Of a stretch of 64,000 nt of DNA, positions 1 to 9,689 are shown piece after piece. Below the pieces are notes generated by a model that saw only the letters and a program-made list of their open reading frames with translations, was not told the origin of the DNA and ran no database searches. This DNA is from Deltaproteobacteria bacterium (GTDB taxonomy: Bacteria; Myxococcota; Kuafuiibacteriia; Kuafuiibacteriales; Kuafuiibacteriaceae). Position 1 is the stretch's first letter. Every line of letters starts with the position of its first letter. Position numbers and translations under genes: made by a program. The stretch is taken from the NCBI GenBank assembly GCA_040218735.1, contig JAVJQW010000012.1:352001-416000 (forward strand). The letters run 5' to 3'.

Positions 1-1107
1 TACGTCAGCAAGCCGTTCGAGCCCGACGAGATCAGCCTGAAGCTGCGGCTGGTCGTCGAGAAGCGGCGCCAGGCGAGCGGCGCGGCGGAGCGCGCGACGG
101 ACGACCCGCTCAAGAAGGGACGGGAGGGCGGCAAGCAGCCGAAGGGTCTCGACGAGATCGTCTCGGTCGCGCCCGCGATGAAGAAGATCTTCCGCGTCGT
201 GACGAAGGTCGCGAGCTTCCCGACCACCGTCCTGATCACCGGTGAGACGGGCACCGGCAAGGAGCGCATCGCGGGGGCGATCCACCGCGAGGGCAACCGG
301 GCGAACCGCCCGTTCGTGGCCATCAACTGCGGCGCGATCCCGGCCAACCTGCTCGAGAGCGAGCTGTTCGGGTACGTGAAGGGCGCGTTCACGGACGCGC
401 AGCAGGATCGGGAGGGCCTCTTCGAGACCGCGACGGGCGGCACGCTGTTCTTGGACGAGATCGCGGAGCTGCCGCTGCAGCTGCAGGTGAAGCTGCTGCG
501 CGCGCTGGTCGAAAAGGAGATCCGCCGCGTCGGTGCCACGGAGACGATCCCGGTGGACGTGCGCGTGGTCGCCGCCACCGCGCGCCCGCTCAAGGACCTC
601 GTGAAGGACGGCGGGTTTCGGGAGGACCTGTTCTACCGGCTGAACGTGGTCTCCATACATCTACCCCCGCTGCGCGAGCGCGCGGAGGACATCCCGCACC
701 TGGTTCAGCACTTCGTGAAGACGGTGGCGGGGCGCCTGGGGCTCGCCAACCCGGAGATCACGGACGAGGCGATGAACATCCTCACGGGCTACGGCTGGCC
801 GGGGAACGTGCGCGAGCTCGAAAACGCGATCGAGCGGGCGTTGGTCCTCTCTGACGGAGACGGGCGGATCACGGCGCTGGACCTGGACGACCGCTTCGAG
901 CCGTCGGAGGGCCCAGCGGCCCCCACCGCGAGCATCGCCATCCCGGAGGACGAGCTGTCGTTGAAGGTGGTCCTCCCGCGGGTGGAGCGGACACTGATCG
1001 AGCGGGCGCTCCAGGAGACCGGCGGGAACCGCACCAAGGCCGCGACCCTCCTCGGGATCAGCCACCGCGCGCTCCTGTACAAGCTGAAAGAGCACGGGAT
1101 CTCCTGA
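1..1107 (+). CDS. Sigma54-dependent (NtrC-family) response regulator, PilR2-like; 5'-partial
   Basis: The frame is open from base 1 (YVSKPFEPDE, end of a receiver domain). GETGTGKE Walker A, ESELFGYVKGAFTDA (GAFTGA-like), LFLDEI, FREDLFYRLNV, WPGNVRELEN and a C-terminal Fis HTH. Confidence 0.93.
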   Translation, partial: YVSKPFEPDEISLKLRLVVEKRRQASGAAERATDDPLKKGREGGKQPKGLDEIVSVAPAMKKIFRVVTKVASFPTTVLITGETGTGKERIAGAIHREGNRANRPFVAINCGAIPANLLESELFGYVKGAFTDAQQDREGLFETATGGTLFLDEIAELPLQLQVKLLRALVEKEIRRVGATETIPVDVRVVAATARPLKDLVKDGGFREDLFYRLNVVSIHLPPLRERAEDIPHLVQHFVKTVAGRLGLANPEITDEAMNILTGYGWPGNVRELENAIERALVLSDGDGRITALDLDDRFEPSEGPAAPTASIAIPEDELSLKVVLPRVERTLIERALQETGGNRTKAATLLGISHRALLYKLKEHGIS

Positions 1108-1163
1108 ACTTTTCGCACGCTGGCGGGAATTTTCACCGAAGTGATCCACAGAACCACATCACA

Positions 1164-1240
1164 GACCTATCAATGACCTATAATGATGCATCATTTCGAG
1201 CGGCCGAAACCTTGACGTCCGATTCGGGGCGGTCGATCAT
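1164..1240 (+). promoter_or_regulatory. AT-rich regulatory region: GACCTAT direct repeat, 14-bp palindrome and candidate sigma70 promoter of the HTH-pilMNOPQ operon
   Basis: GACCTAT at 1164 and 1175; perfect palindrome AATGATGCATCATT at 1182-1195; TTGACG (1212-1217)-N17-GATCAT (1235-1240). Confidence 0.5.
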
Positions 1241-1287
1241 CGCCTTCCGTCCCGGACTCTCGGTCCGCGGGGCGGGGTGCATCGCGT

Positions 1288-1581
1288 ATGAAACGGCGTA
1301 AACGGATCCCGAACAACGTCCGCGCCCTTCGCGAGGAGATCCTCCTGTCGAAGGCAGAGCTCGCCCGCAAGGCGGGGGTGTCGCCGTTGACCGTGGACCG
1401 GATCGAGAACGGCGCGGACTGTCGCGTCGACACAAAACGGAAGATCATCCTCGCCCTCGGCAAGAAGCTCGAAGAGAAGGCCGAGGTGTTCCCGGTGCTC
1501 GCCACCAACGACCAAGACACGGACCGCGTCACGAAGGACGAGGTCGTCGCCGCCATCAAGGCGAAGAACAAGGAAGGTTAG
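1288..1581 (+). CDS. XRE/Cro-type helix-turn-helix transcriptional regulator
   Basis: NNVRALREEILLSKAELARKAGVSPLTVDRIENG is an XRE HTH. It lies 3 bp before pilM, a position typical of deltaproteobacterial pil operons. Confidence 0.85.
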   Translation: MKRRKRIPNNVRALREEILLSKAELARKAGVSPLTVDRIENGADCRVDTKRKIILALGKKLEEKAEVFPVLATNDQDTDRVTKDEVVAAIKAKNKEG

Positions 1582-1584
1582 ACG

Positions 1585-2649
1585 ATGGCCAAGGGCAAGC
1601 TCGCAGTGGGATTGGACATCGGGTCGGGCTCGGTGAAGCTGTGTCACCTCAAGCCGGCCAAGCGCGGCAACTACCAGCTCCAGTCCTTCGGGATGGTGCA
1701 GCTGCCGCCGGAGGCGATCGTCGATGGCGCGCTGATGAACTCGACCGCCGTGGTCGACGCCGTGCAGGAGCTGTTCGCTTCGCAGAAGATTCGCCACAAG
1801 GAGGTCGCCACGTCGGTCTCCGGGCACTCGGTCATCATCAAGAAGATCAACCTCCCGCAGATGACCCCCGAGGAGCTCGAGGAGTCGATTCAGTGGGAGG
1901 CCGAGCAGTACATCCCGTTCGACATCAACGACGTGAACATCGACGTCCAGATCCTCAACACCGAGTCCACGCAGGCCGGTCAGATGGACGTCCTGCTCGT
2001 CGCGGCGAAGAAGGACATGGTCAACGACTACACCGAGGTCATCGCGAGCGCGGGGCTCACGCCGGTGGTCGTCGACATCGACGCGTTCGCCGTCCAGAAC
2101 CAGTTCGAGATCAACTACGAGGTGCCGCGCTCCGAGACGGTCGTCCTCGTGAACATCGGCGCCGCCGTCACGAACATCAACGTGCTCGCGAACGGCGTCT
2201 CGACCTTCACGCGTGACATCTCGATCGGCGGCGGGCAGTTCACCGACGCCGTCCAGAAGGCGCTCAACGTCAGCTACGACGAGGCCGAGGCCCTCAAGCT
2301 CGGCGGCGGCGGGCCGGACAGCGACGCCGTCGTCCCGCAGGAGGTCGAGCGCGTCCTGCAGACCGAGTCCGAGTCCATCGCGAACGAGATTCAGCGATCG
2401 CTCGACTTCTACGCGGCCACCTCGGCGGACGCGCACATCGCGCGCATCTTCCTGTCGGGCGGCTCATCGCGTATCCCGGCGCTCGTGAAGACGATCGAGA
2501 ACCGCACCGGGGTCCCGGTCGAGGTGCTGAACCCGTTCCGGAACATCGACATCAGCTCGGGTCGCTTCGACCCCGAGTACCTGCAGAGCGTCGCGCCGAT
2601 GGCGGCCGTCGCGATGGGGCTGGCGCTCCGCTTCCCGGCGGACAAGTGA
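1585..2649 (+). CDS. pilM: Type IV pilus assembly protein PilM
   Basis: VGLDIGSGSVK actin-like motif, EAEQYIPF, DVLLVAAKK, EIQRSLDFY, LSGGSS, VAMGLALR. Confidence 0.97.
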   Translation: MAKGKLAVGLDIGSGSVKLCHLKPAKRGNYQLQSFGMVQLPPEAIVDGALMNSTAVVDAVQELFASQKIRHKEVATSVSGHSVIIKKINLPQMTPEELEESIQWEAEQYIPFDINDVNIDVQILNTESTQAGQMDVLLVAAKKDMVNDYTEVIASAGLTPVVVDIDAFAVQNQFEINYEVPRSETVVLVNIGAAVTNINVLANGVSTFTRDISIGGGQFTDAVQKALNVSYDEAEALKLGGGGPDSDAVVPQEVERVLQTESESIANEIQRSLDFYAATSADAHIARIFLSGGSSRIPALVKTIENRTGVPVEVLNPFRNIDISSGRFDPEYLQSVAPMAAVAMGLALRFPADK

Positions 2650-2671
2650 GAGGACAGATAGGGGTCGAACG

Positions 2672-3223
2672 ATGATTCGCATCAACCTACTTCCCATCCG
2701 GCAGACGCAGAAGCGTCAGACGGTGCAGCAGCAGCTGTTGGTCGGCGCCTTGGTCGTCATGGCCACGATCATCGGCTGCATCGTCTGGATCGCCGTCGTC
2801 TCCAGCGCGGTCTCCGACCGCGAGGAGCAGATCAAGACGAAGCAGAGCGAGCTCGCTCAGCTCGACAAGATCATCGGCGAGGTCAACGAGTTCACTTCGA
2901 AGAAGAAGGAGCTCGAGGAGAAGCTCGAGATCATCGAGAAGCTCCGCAAGGGCAAGACGGGCCCGGTGAAGGCGCTCGACGATCTCGCGACGGAGATCCC
3001 GAATCGCGTCTGGATCACCGAGATGGCGGAAGCCGGCGGCTCGGTGAAGCTCAAGGGCAACGCGATCGACCACGAGGACGTGTCGGCGTTCATGAAGGCG
3101 CTGCAGAAGTCCAAGTACTTCTCGAACGTCGTGCTCGTGTTCTCGAAGTCCTCCACGGACAAGAAGTCGAACGCGACGCTGTACGAATTCGAGATCGCCT
3201 GCTCGGTGAACTACTCGGCCTGA
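2672..3223 (+). CDS. pilN: Type IV pilus assembly protein PilN
   Basis: N-terminal MIRINLLP motif, one TM segment, coiled coil, IPNRVWI. Confidence 0.95.
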   Translation: MIRINLLPIRQTQKRQTVQQQLLVGALVVMATIIGCIVWIAVVSSAVSDREEQIKTKQSELAQLDKIIGEVNEFTSKKKELEEKLEIIEKLRKGKTGPVKALDDLATEIPNRVWITEMAEAGGSVKLKGNAIDHEDVSAFMKALQKSKYFSNVVLVFSKSSTDKKSNATLYEFEIACSVNYSA

Positions 3224-3238
3224 GGAGAGAGGGACGTC

Positions 3239-3850
3239 ATGGACGAAGTCATTGCCAGGATCTCCAAAGTCCCGATCGCGCAGCGCATCGCCATCTTGGC
3301 GGCTGCGCTGACGCTGATCGTCGCGTTGGTGTTCTTCATCGTCATCACCCCGAAGCACGAGAAGATCGACCAGCTGGACGGCCGCATCAAACAGATCGAT
3401 GCGCAGCTCGTGAGGAAGCGCGCGATCGCGCGAAACCTGTCGCGCTACCGCGTCGAGGTCGAGCGGTTGAAGCAGCGCCTCAACGAGGCGCTCACGCTGC
3501 TGCCGAACGACGCCGAGATTCCGGAGCTGCTCCAGAAGATCGCCGCGCTCGTCGAGCAGTCGGACTGCGAGATGTCCGAGTTCCAGCCGCAGGGTGAGCA
3601 GGTCCAGGGCTTCTACGCCCGGATCCCGGTGAAGATGAACATCACCGGCAACTACCACTCGATCGCGGTCTTCTTCGACAAGGTCTCGAAGCTTGCGCGT
3701 ATCGTGAACATCCAGGACATCAAGCTCCAGAAGCCCAAGCTGGAGAACAAGAAGGTCGTCCTGGGCGCCAACTTCACCGCGACGACGTTCAAGTTCGTGG
3801 AGAAGAAGGCCGGCGCCGAGCAATCGACCGGGTTCAAGGGAGGCAAGTGA
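3239..3850 (+). CDS. pilO: Type IV pilus assembly protein PilO
   Basis: TM segment plus coiled coil, LLPNDAEIPELL, FYARIPV, GNYHSIAVFFDKVSKLARIVN; synteny. Confidence 0.95.
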   Translation: MDEVIARISKVPIAQRIAILAAALTLIVALVFFIVITPKHEKIDQLDGRIKQIDAQLVRKRAIARNLSRYRVEVERLKQRLNEALTLLPNDAEIPELLQKIAALVEQSDCEMSEFQPQGEQVQGFYARIPVKMNITGNYHSIAVFFDKVSKLARIVNIQDIKLQKPKLENKKVVLGANFTATTFKFVEKKAGAEQSTGFKGGK

Positions 3851-3855
3851 GCACC

Positions 3856-4449
3856 ATGAAACGGACTGGACACTTCATGGTCGTGTTCGCGGCGGCCGGG
3901 CTGATGCTCGCAGGCTGCGAAGACGACGCGCCGCCTGCCAAGGCGCCGCCCTCCAACGCCAAGAAGGGGCTCGGCGTCCTCACCAAGGGGAGCGCCGCGG
4001 ACCCTGCTAAGCCCGCGGCGGACACGCCGCCGCCACCGCCGCCGCCCGCCGCGGCCGCCGGGGAGGGAGGCGAGGAAGACGTCTCCGAGATCGCGTACGC
4101 GTACTCGCCCATCGGCAAGCGCGACCCCTTCCGTTCGTTGTTCGACCAGCTACAGCGCGAAGAGCAGACGCAGCAGCTGACCGAGCTTCAGAAGTTCGAG
4201 CTGGATCAGCTCAAGTTGGTCGCGATCGTGTCACGTATCGCGACGCCGTACGCGATGGTCGAGGACCCGGACTCCAAGGGCCATACGCTGACGCGCGGCA
4301 CGTTGATCGGGAAGAACTGGGGGCGTGTCGCCCAGATCAACCCCGACTGTGTCGTCATCCGTGAAGAGTACCGCGACTACACGGGTCGCAAAGTCACCAA
4401 CAAGAGCTCCATGTGTCTGCCCAAACCGGACGAGCTAAAAATTGACTGA
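3856..4449 (+). CDS. pilP: Type IV pilus lipoprotein PilP
   Basis: Lipobox LMLAGC, Pro/Ala linker, YSPIGKRDPF, LQKFELDQLKLVAI, IGKNWGRV. ATG 3856 chosen; GTG 3847 is an alternative. Confidence 0.93.
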   Translation: MKRTGHFMVVFAAAGLMLAGCEDDAPPAKAPPSNAKKGLGVLTKGSAADPAKPAADTPPPPPPPAAAAGEGGEEDVSEIAYAYSPIGKRDPFRSLFDQLQREEQTQQLTELQKFELDQLKLVAIVSRIATPYAMVEDPDSKGHTLTRGTLIGKNWGRVAQINPDCVVIREEYRDYTGRKVTNKSSMCLPKPDELKID

Positions 4450-4492
4450 GACGAAGACTATGCGACGTTTCCTGAGGAGAGGGACTGCCCAG

Positions 4493-7198
4493 ATGCTGAC
4501 GAACCCGTCACGAAGCGCGACTTCGCTGCTCATCGCCGGACTGCTGATCGGCGCACCGGCCGCCGCGAGCGCCAACGCCTCCGGCTCGGTGGTGATCGAC
4601 CGGATCGAGACCCGCGACGCCGCGAAGGGGCGTGAGGTCGTCATCCACACGTCGAAGAAACCGACGTTCTCGGTCTTCCGCCTGTCGGAGCCGTTCCGCG
4701 TCCTGGTGGACGTGAACGACGCCCGCATGAAGGCCGGCGACGACCTGACCAAGGTCGACGATGGCGTCGTGCGCTACGTCTCGACGAACCAGTTCGCCGA
4801 CGAAGCGTCGGCGGTGCTGCGCGTCGAGATCGCGCTCGAGGAGCGGATGCCGTACGCGGTCCGCGCCGAGGGCAACACGATCGTCGTCGCGATCGACGCG
4901 CCCGACGCGAAGGCCACGCCGGAGCCGGCGGTGACCGCGCCGACCGGTGCGGAGCCGATCGAGCTCGGCAAGGTCGTGCGTCGGATCAAGCGCGGGCAGG
5001 CGGTGCTCTCGGCGAAGCTGAGCGGCACGCTGTCGCCCTCCGCGGTGCACATCGAGCAGCTCGAGTCGCCGCCGCGCATCGTGATCGACCTCGCCGGCGC
5101 GACGATCGAGCCGAAGTGGCAGCGCGTCCGGGTGCGCCGTCACGGCGTCAAGATCGCGCGCGTCGCGCAGAAGGAAGGCGCCGTTCGCTTCGTGCTCGAC
5201 GTGAAGCAGGACGCCCGCCTCCCCGTCGTCGACGTCGACGTAGTGAAGGGCCGCCTGCAGATCGGCATCCAGGCCGCGCCGAAGATCGCGCCGGCGCCGG
5301 TCGCGAAGGCCGCGCCCGCGCCCGCTCCGACGAAGGTCGCGGAGCCCGAGGTCGAGGCCCGGGTCGAGCGCACCGCCGAGGAGCCGATCGTCCTGACGAA
5401 CGCCGCCCCGAAGGCCGCGCCCGTCGCCGCGGCGCCCGCGCCGAAGAAGGCCGCGAAGCGTGCGCAGCACGTGTCGAACGTGAAGGACGTCCAGTTCGAG
5501 AAGAAGGACGGCTTCGTTCGCCTCACGATGATCCTCGACAACGACCAGGCCGCGCTCGCCAAGGACACGTCCGAGGGCAGCGTCCCGGTCGTTCGCCTCG
5601 TCGGCGCCTCGCTGCCCGGCAACCTCGAGCGCACGCTCGACGTGTCGCAGGTCGCGGAGGACGTCGTCGCGTCGATCTCTACGTACAACGAAAACGGCGA
5701 CACGATCGTCGCCGCGAACATCGTCCCGGGCACCGAGCACCGTCAGTGGCGCAAGGGCAACCGCGTGATGTGGGACTTCCGCAACCGCGTCGCGACCGCG
5801 AAAGCCGAGACGAAGGTCCTCCCGTACGGCGAGCAGGCGACGTCGGGCTACGCCGCGGCGAGCACCGCCGTGAACCTCGGCGCGAAGCTCGCGCCGGAGA
5901 AGCGCCGCTACACGGGTCGCCGCATCTCGCTCGACCTCAAGGACGCGGACATCCAGAACGTGCTCCGCCTCCTCGCGGACGTGTCGAAGCTGAACATCGT
6001 CGCGGCCGAGGACGTGAAGGGCAAGGTCACCATCAAGCTCCGCAACGTGCCGTGGGACCAGGCGCTCGACATCATCTTGCGCTCCAAGCAGCTCGACAAG
6101 ACGCGCAACGGGAACATCATCCGCGTCGCGCCGTCCGAGGTGCTGCGTCGTGAGGAGGAGCTCCGCATCGAGCGTGCGAAGGCGCGCGTCGAGCTCGAGC
6201 CCCTCTCCGTGCGCCTCATCCCGGTGAGCTACGCGGTCGCGGACGAGATCCAACCGCAGGTGTCGGCGCTGCTGACGAACCGCGGCAAGGTGAACATCGA
6301 CAAGCGCACGAACGTGCTGATCGTCGAGGACATCGCGGAGGTCCTGCTGAAGGTGGAGCGGCTCGTCCGCAACCTCGACACGCAGACGCCGCAGGTCCTC
6401 ATCGAGTCGCGCATCGTGCAGGCGCGTTCGAACTTCAGCCGGTCGCTGGGCATCCAGTGGGGTGGCTCGGTCAACCTGCAGCCGAACCGCGGCACGCAGA
6501 CCGGCCTCGCCTTCCCGAACTCGGTGCGCATCTCGGGTGCGGCGGACGACCTGCAGAACCAGGTCGAAACCGGCGTCAACAGCCCGGCGAACTACGCGAT
6601 CAACCTCCCCACCGCGATCGGTAACGGCATCGGTGGTGGTCTCGGCTTCGTGTTCGGCTCCGCCGGTGGCACCGCGCTCGTGACGCTGCGTCTGTCGGCG
6701 GCCGAGACGCAGGGCAAGGTGAAGATCATCTCGTCGCCGAAGATCGTCACGCTCGACAACAAGGAAGCGAAGATCCTCACGGGTGAGAAGGTTCCGATTA
6801 CGGTCGTCACCGCGAACGGTCCGACGACTCGATTCATCGACGCGAACCTCGAGCTGAAGGTCACGCCGCACGTCACGCAGGACGGCTCCGTCCTCCTGAA
6901 CGTCTCGGCCACGCGTAACCAGATCGGTGACCGCGTCGACAACCTCGGCGTCCCGGGCATCATCACCAACGAGGCGCAGACCGAGATGATCGTGCGCGAC
7001 GGCGACACCGCCGTCCTCGGCGGCATCTACCAGCGCCAGGCGCAGGAGAACAAAAGCTACGTCCCGTGGATCGGTCAGATCCCGGTGCTGGGCTGGTTCT
7101 TCAAGACCACGACGCGCACCGACGCGCGCGACGAGCTGCTGATCTTCATCTCGCCGCGCATCGTCAACCGCTCGTCGGCGCTGCTCGACGCGGGTTGA
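4493..7198 (+). CDS. pilQ: Type IV pilus secretin PilQ with N-terminal AMIN domains
   Basis: Signal peptide, AMIN repeats (FRLSEPFRVLVD, PPRIVIDL), YTGRRISLDLKDADI, VPWDQALD, PQVLIESRIV and secretin motif VPWIGQIPVLGWFFK. ATG 4493 follows a GAGGAG RBS. Confidence 0.97.
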   Translation: MLTNPSRSATSLLIAGLLIGAPAAASANASGSVVIDRIETRDAAKGREVVIHTSKKPTFSVFRLSEPFRVLVDVNDARMKAGDDLTKVDDGVVRYVSTNQFADEASAVLRVEIALEERMPYAVRAEGNTIVVAIDAPDAKATPEPAVTAPTGAEPIELGKVVRRIKRGQAVLSAKLSGTLSPSAVHIEQLESPPRIVIDLAGATIEPKWQRVRVRRHGVKIARVAQKEGAVRFVLDVKQDARLPVVDVDVVKGRLQIGIQAAPKIAPAPVAKAAPAPAPTKVAEPEVEARVERTAEEPIVLTNAAPKAAPVAAAPAPKKAAKRAQHVSNVKDVQFEKKDGFVRLTMILDNDQAALAKDTSEGSVPVVRLVGASLPGNLERTLDVSQVAEDVVASISTYNENGDTIVAANIVPGTEHRQWRKGNRVMWDFRNRVATAKAETKVLPYGEQATSGYAAASTAVNLGAKLAPEKRRYTGRRISLDLKDADIQNVLRLLADVSKLNIVAAEDVKGKVTIKLRNVPWDQALDIILRSKQLDKTRNGNIIRVAPSEVLRREEELRIERAKARVELEPLSVRLIPVSYAVADEIQPQVSALLTNRGKVNIDKRTNVLIVEDIAEVLLKVERLVRNLDTQTPQVLIESRIVQARSNFSRSLGIQWGGSVNLQPNRGTQTGLAFPNSVRISGAADDLQNQVETGVNSPANYAINLPTAIGNGIGGGLGFVFGSAGGTALVTLRLSAAETQGKVKIISSPKIVTLDNKEAKILTGEKVPITVVTANGPTTRFIDANLELKVTPHVTQDGSVLLNVSATRNQIGDRVDNLGVPGIITNEAQTEMIVRDGDTAVLGGIYQRQAQENKSYVPWIGQIPVLGWFFKTTTRTDARDELLIFISPRIVNRSSALLDAG

Positions 7199-7211
7199 TG
7201 GACGGGCAGAC

Positions 7212-8747
7212 GTGATCGTCGTCGGCGGGCCACCCGGCGTGGGTAAGACCACGGTGGCTCGCCACGCGGCGCTTCGTTGGGGAAGCGTCGCCATCGACCT
7301 GGACACCCAACTCGAGGAACGACTGGGACGAACCGTGGCGACCCTGATTCGAGAGAGCGGCGAAGACGCCTTCCGCGACGCCGAGCGTGATGCGCTCGGT
7401 TCCGTGGACCCGTCTCGGGCCGCGGTCCTCGCCCTCGGCGGCGGGACCCTCGTGCGACCGGAGTCGGCGCGCGCCGCGCGCAGGCTCGGGCCCGTGGTCG
7501 GGCTCGTCGCGTCGCCCGAAGTCCTCGACCGCCGCGTGTCTGCGGACGCCACGGACCGCCCGCTGCAGCGCCCCTCGTCCGAGCTCCTCGACAAACGCCG
7601 CGAAGCGTACGCGTCGGTCGACTTCGACGTCGCCGCAGAGGACGACGCCGACGTCGTCGCCGCGAACGTCGAAGCTCGGACGAAGGACACGGTCACGCTC
7701 GAGTGCCCGGTCGGCGACGTGCAGACGCGCGTCATCGTCGGACGGAACCTGATCGACGCCGTGCGCGGCGCCGTCGCGGTGCAACGCCCCACCCGCCCGG
7801 TCGTCGTGGTCCTCGATGCAAAGGTCCCCGCCGCGCGGCGCTCCGCGATCGTCGCGGGGATCGAGGCGCTCTACCCGGTCGTGACGATCGAGGTCGAAGG
7901 CGGCGAAGCCGTGAAGACCTGGTCGGTGCTCGAAGACGTCACGGAGCGCGCCCTCGCGGCGGGCGCCGGTCGTCAGAGTGTCGTCGTCGGCGTCGGGGGT
8001 GGCGCGACCACCGATCTCGCGGGCTTGGTCGCGAGCATGCTCGGTCGCGGCGCAGCGCTCGTGTTGGTGCCGACCACCGTGCTCTCGCAGGTCGACGCCG
8101 CCGTCGGCGGCAAGTGCGCGATCAACAGCCGCTCGGGTCGCAACCTGATCGGCGCCTTCCACGCCGCGCAAGACGTGGTCGTCGACCTCGACGCCCTCCC
8201 CTCCCTCGACCCCGCCGAGATGCGGAACGGGCTGGCGGAGATGTTGAAGATGGGGATCCTCGCGGACGCTTCGCTCTTCGACCGCATCGTCGAGGCGGGC
8301 GCGCCGGACGTCGCGTCCATCGCGCGGTCGATCGAGCTCAAGGCGCAGATCGTCGCGTCCGATCCGTACGAGCGCGGCGCGCGCAAGACGCTGAACCTCG
8401 GCCACACCCTCGCACACGCGCTCGAGACCGCGTCCGACCACACCCTGCGCCACGGTGAGGCCGTGGCCATCGGCCTGTGCGCCGCAGCGCGTTATAGCGC
8501 GGCGCTCGGCCTCGCCCACCCCGACGTCGTGGCCCGGATCGAGGCCGGAATCGCGCGCGTCGGGCTCCCGACCCACAGCCCGGAAGGGCTGGACGACCGG
8601 GCCGCAGCCGCGCTCGGCCACGACAAGAAGAGCGGCAGCACCCAAATCGATTTCGTCGCGATCCGTACGCTGGAGGAGGTGCAACTCGTTGCGCTATCCT
8701 TGGAGGAGGTACGACGCGAGTTGATCCGACACGGAGGACGTTCATGA
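7212..8747 (+). CDS. aroB: Bifunctional shikimate kinase / 3-dehydroquinate synthase (AroK-AroB fusion)
   Basis: N-terminal GPPGVGKTT, GEDAFRDAE, LGGG. C-terminal GGGATTDLAG, VPTTVLSQVDAAVGGK, LNLGHTLAHALE, HGEAVAIG, DKK. Confidence 0.92.
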   Translation: MIVVGGPPGVGKTTVARHAALRWGSVAIDLDTQLEERLGRTVATLIRESGEDAFRDAERDALGSVDPSRAAVLALGGGTLVRPESARAARRLGPVVGLVASPEVLDRRVSADATDRPLQRPSSELLDKRREAYASVDFDVAAEDDADVVAANVEARTKDTVTLECPVGDVQTRVIVGRNLIDAVRGAVAVQRPTRPVVVVLDAKVPAARRSAIVAGIEALYPVVTIEVEGGEAVKTWSVLEDVTERALAAGAGRQSVVVGVGGGATTDLAGLVASMLGRGAALVLVPTTVLSQVDAAVGGKCAINSRSGRNLIGAFHAAQDVVVDLDALPSLDPAEMRNGLAEMLKMGILADASLFDRIVEAGAPDVASIARSIELKAQIVASDPYERGARKTLNLGHTLAHALETASDHTLRHGEAVAIGLCAAARYSAALGLAHPDVVARIEAGIARVGLPTHSPEGLDDRAAAALGHDKKSGSTQIDFVAIRTLEEVQLVALSLEEVRRELIRHGGRS

Positions 8748-9688
8748 GATACCTAACCGCACTGACGATCGCCGGCGGGCTCGCGATGGCGGCGTGCAAT
8801 AACGCCGAATACGCGTACGTACCGCTCTACGTTCCGACCCCCGACTTCGACGAAGAGGCTGGGTCCTGCATGTTCAACGCGATGGGCGATCCCGCGATCG
8901 ATATCACGATGGACGTTCAGTACGCCCGGATCCTCGACATGGTGACCATCGTCGAGAACCGCCTCGACCCGATCGAGGTCACGCTCGGCGGACAGAACCA
9001 GGGCGAGAACATCAAGATCCCGCGCAGCATCCAGCCGCTGCGGTTCGACTTCCAGTGGGAGTGCGAGAGCACGGGCTTCCAGGGAGGCGTCGGGCCGATC
9101 GTCTTGCCGGCGTTCTCGATCGACAAGCCGTTCTGTCTCGACAAGCGCGAGAACGTCACCGGCGACATCGGTGGCGTCGATGTCGTGCCCGCCTCCGGCG
9201 AGCCGGTGGGCCCGGGCGACCGCGGCTTCGTGAGCTTCACGCCGGTCCCGGCGCAGCTCGGCCAGGCGTTCTTCGACTTCTTCGAGGTCGCGCGCCTGTC
9301 GCAGAAGTGCTGCGACGAGGTCGGCGGCGACTGCGCGGACGTCGGCACCGGCAGCGGCGCGGATTGCACCGCGCTGCAGGATGCGTTCGACGCCCTCGCC
9401 GGCCCGCAGCGCCTGTCGGCGAAGCAGCCGGCCGACGTGCAGCGGTTCCGCGGCTTCTCGACGTACGTGCAGTCCGGCGCGCGCTACCCGGTGCGCATCT
9501 CGGGCTTCATCGAGGGTCTGCTCCCGACGGGCGACCTCATCGTGTCGAGCCGGTTCAACCGCGAGGTCGACCTGTGCTCGGGTGGCATCCCCGTGCAGAC
9601 GGGCATGGGCACCGCGGCGACGAGCTGCGCGGACGGTGGCCCGGCCACGATCTGCCTGTCGCGGGCGTTCCAGCCGCCGAGCTTCTAG
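8744..9688 (+). CDS. Cys-rich hypothetical lipoprotein
   Basis: Lipobox LAMAAC, about 10 further Cys, ATGA overlap with aroKB, host-like codon usage. Confidence 0.75.
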   Translation: MRYLTALTIAGGLAMAACNNAEYAYVPLYVPTPDFDEEAGSCMFNAMGDPAIDITMDVQYARILDMVTIVENRLDPIEVTLGGQNQGENIKIPRSIQPLRFDFQWECESTGFQGGVGPIVLPAFSIDKPFCLDKRENVTGDIGGVDVVPASGEPVGPGDRGFVSFTPVPAQLGQAFFDFFEVARLSQKCCDEVGGDCADVGTGSGADCTALQDAFDALAGPQRLSAKQPADVQRFRGFSTYVQSGARYPVRISGFIEGLLPTGDLIVSSRFNREVDLCSGGIPVQTGMGTAATSCADGGPATICLSRAFQPPSF

Positions 9689-9689
9689 G

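Noticed and set aside
1121-1136. TGGCGGGAATTTTCA as a sigma54 promoter for pilM
   Set aside because: It lacks the invariant GC at -12.
4508-7792. 1094-aa ORF antisense to pilQ
   Set aside because: Shadow ORF caused by high GC3. It is Arg/Ala-rich with no motifs and fully overlaps a clear gene.
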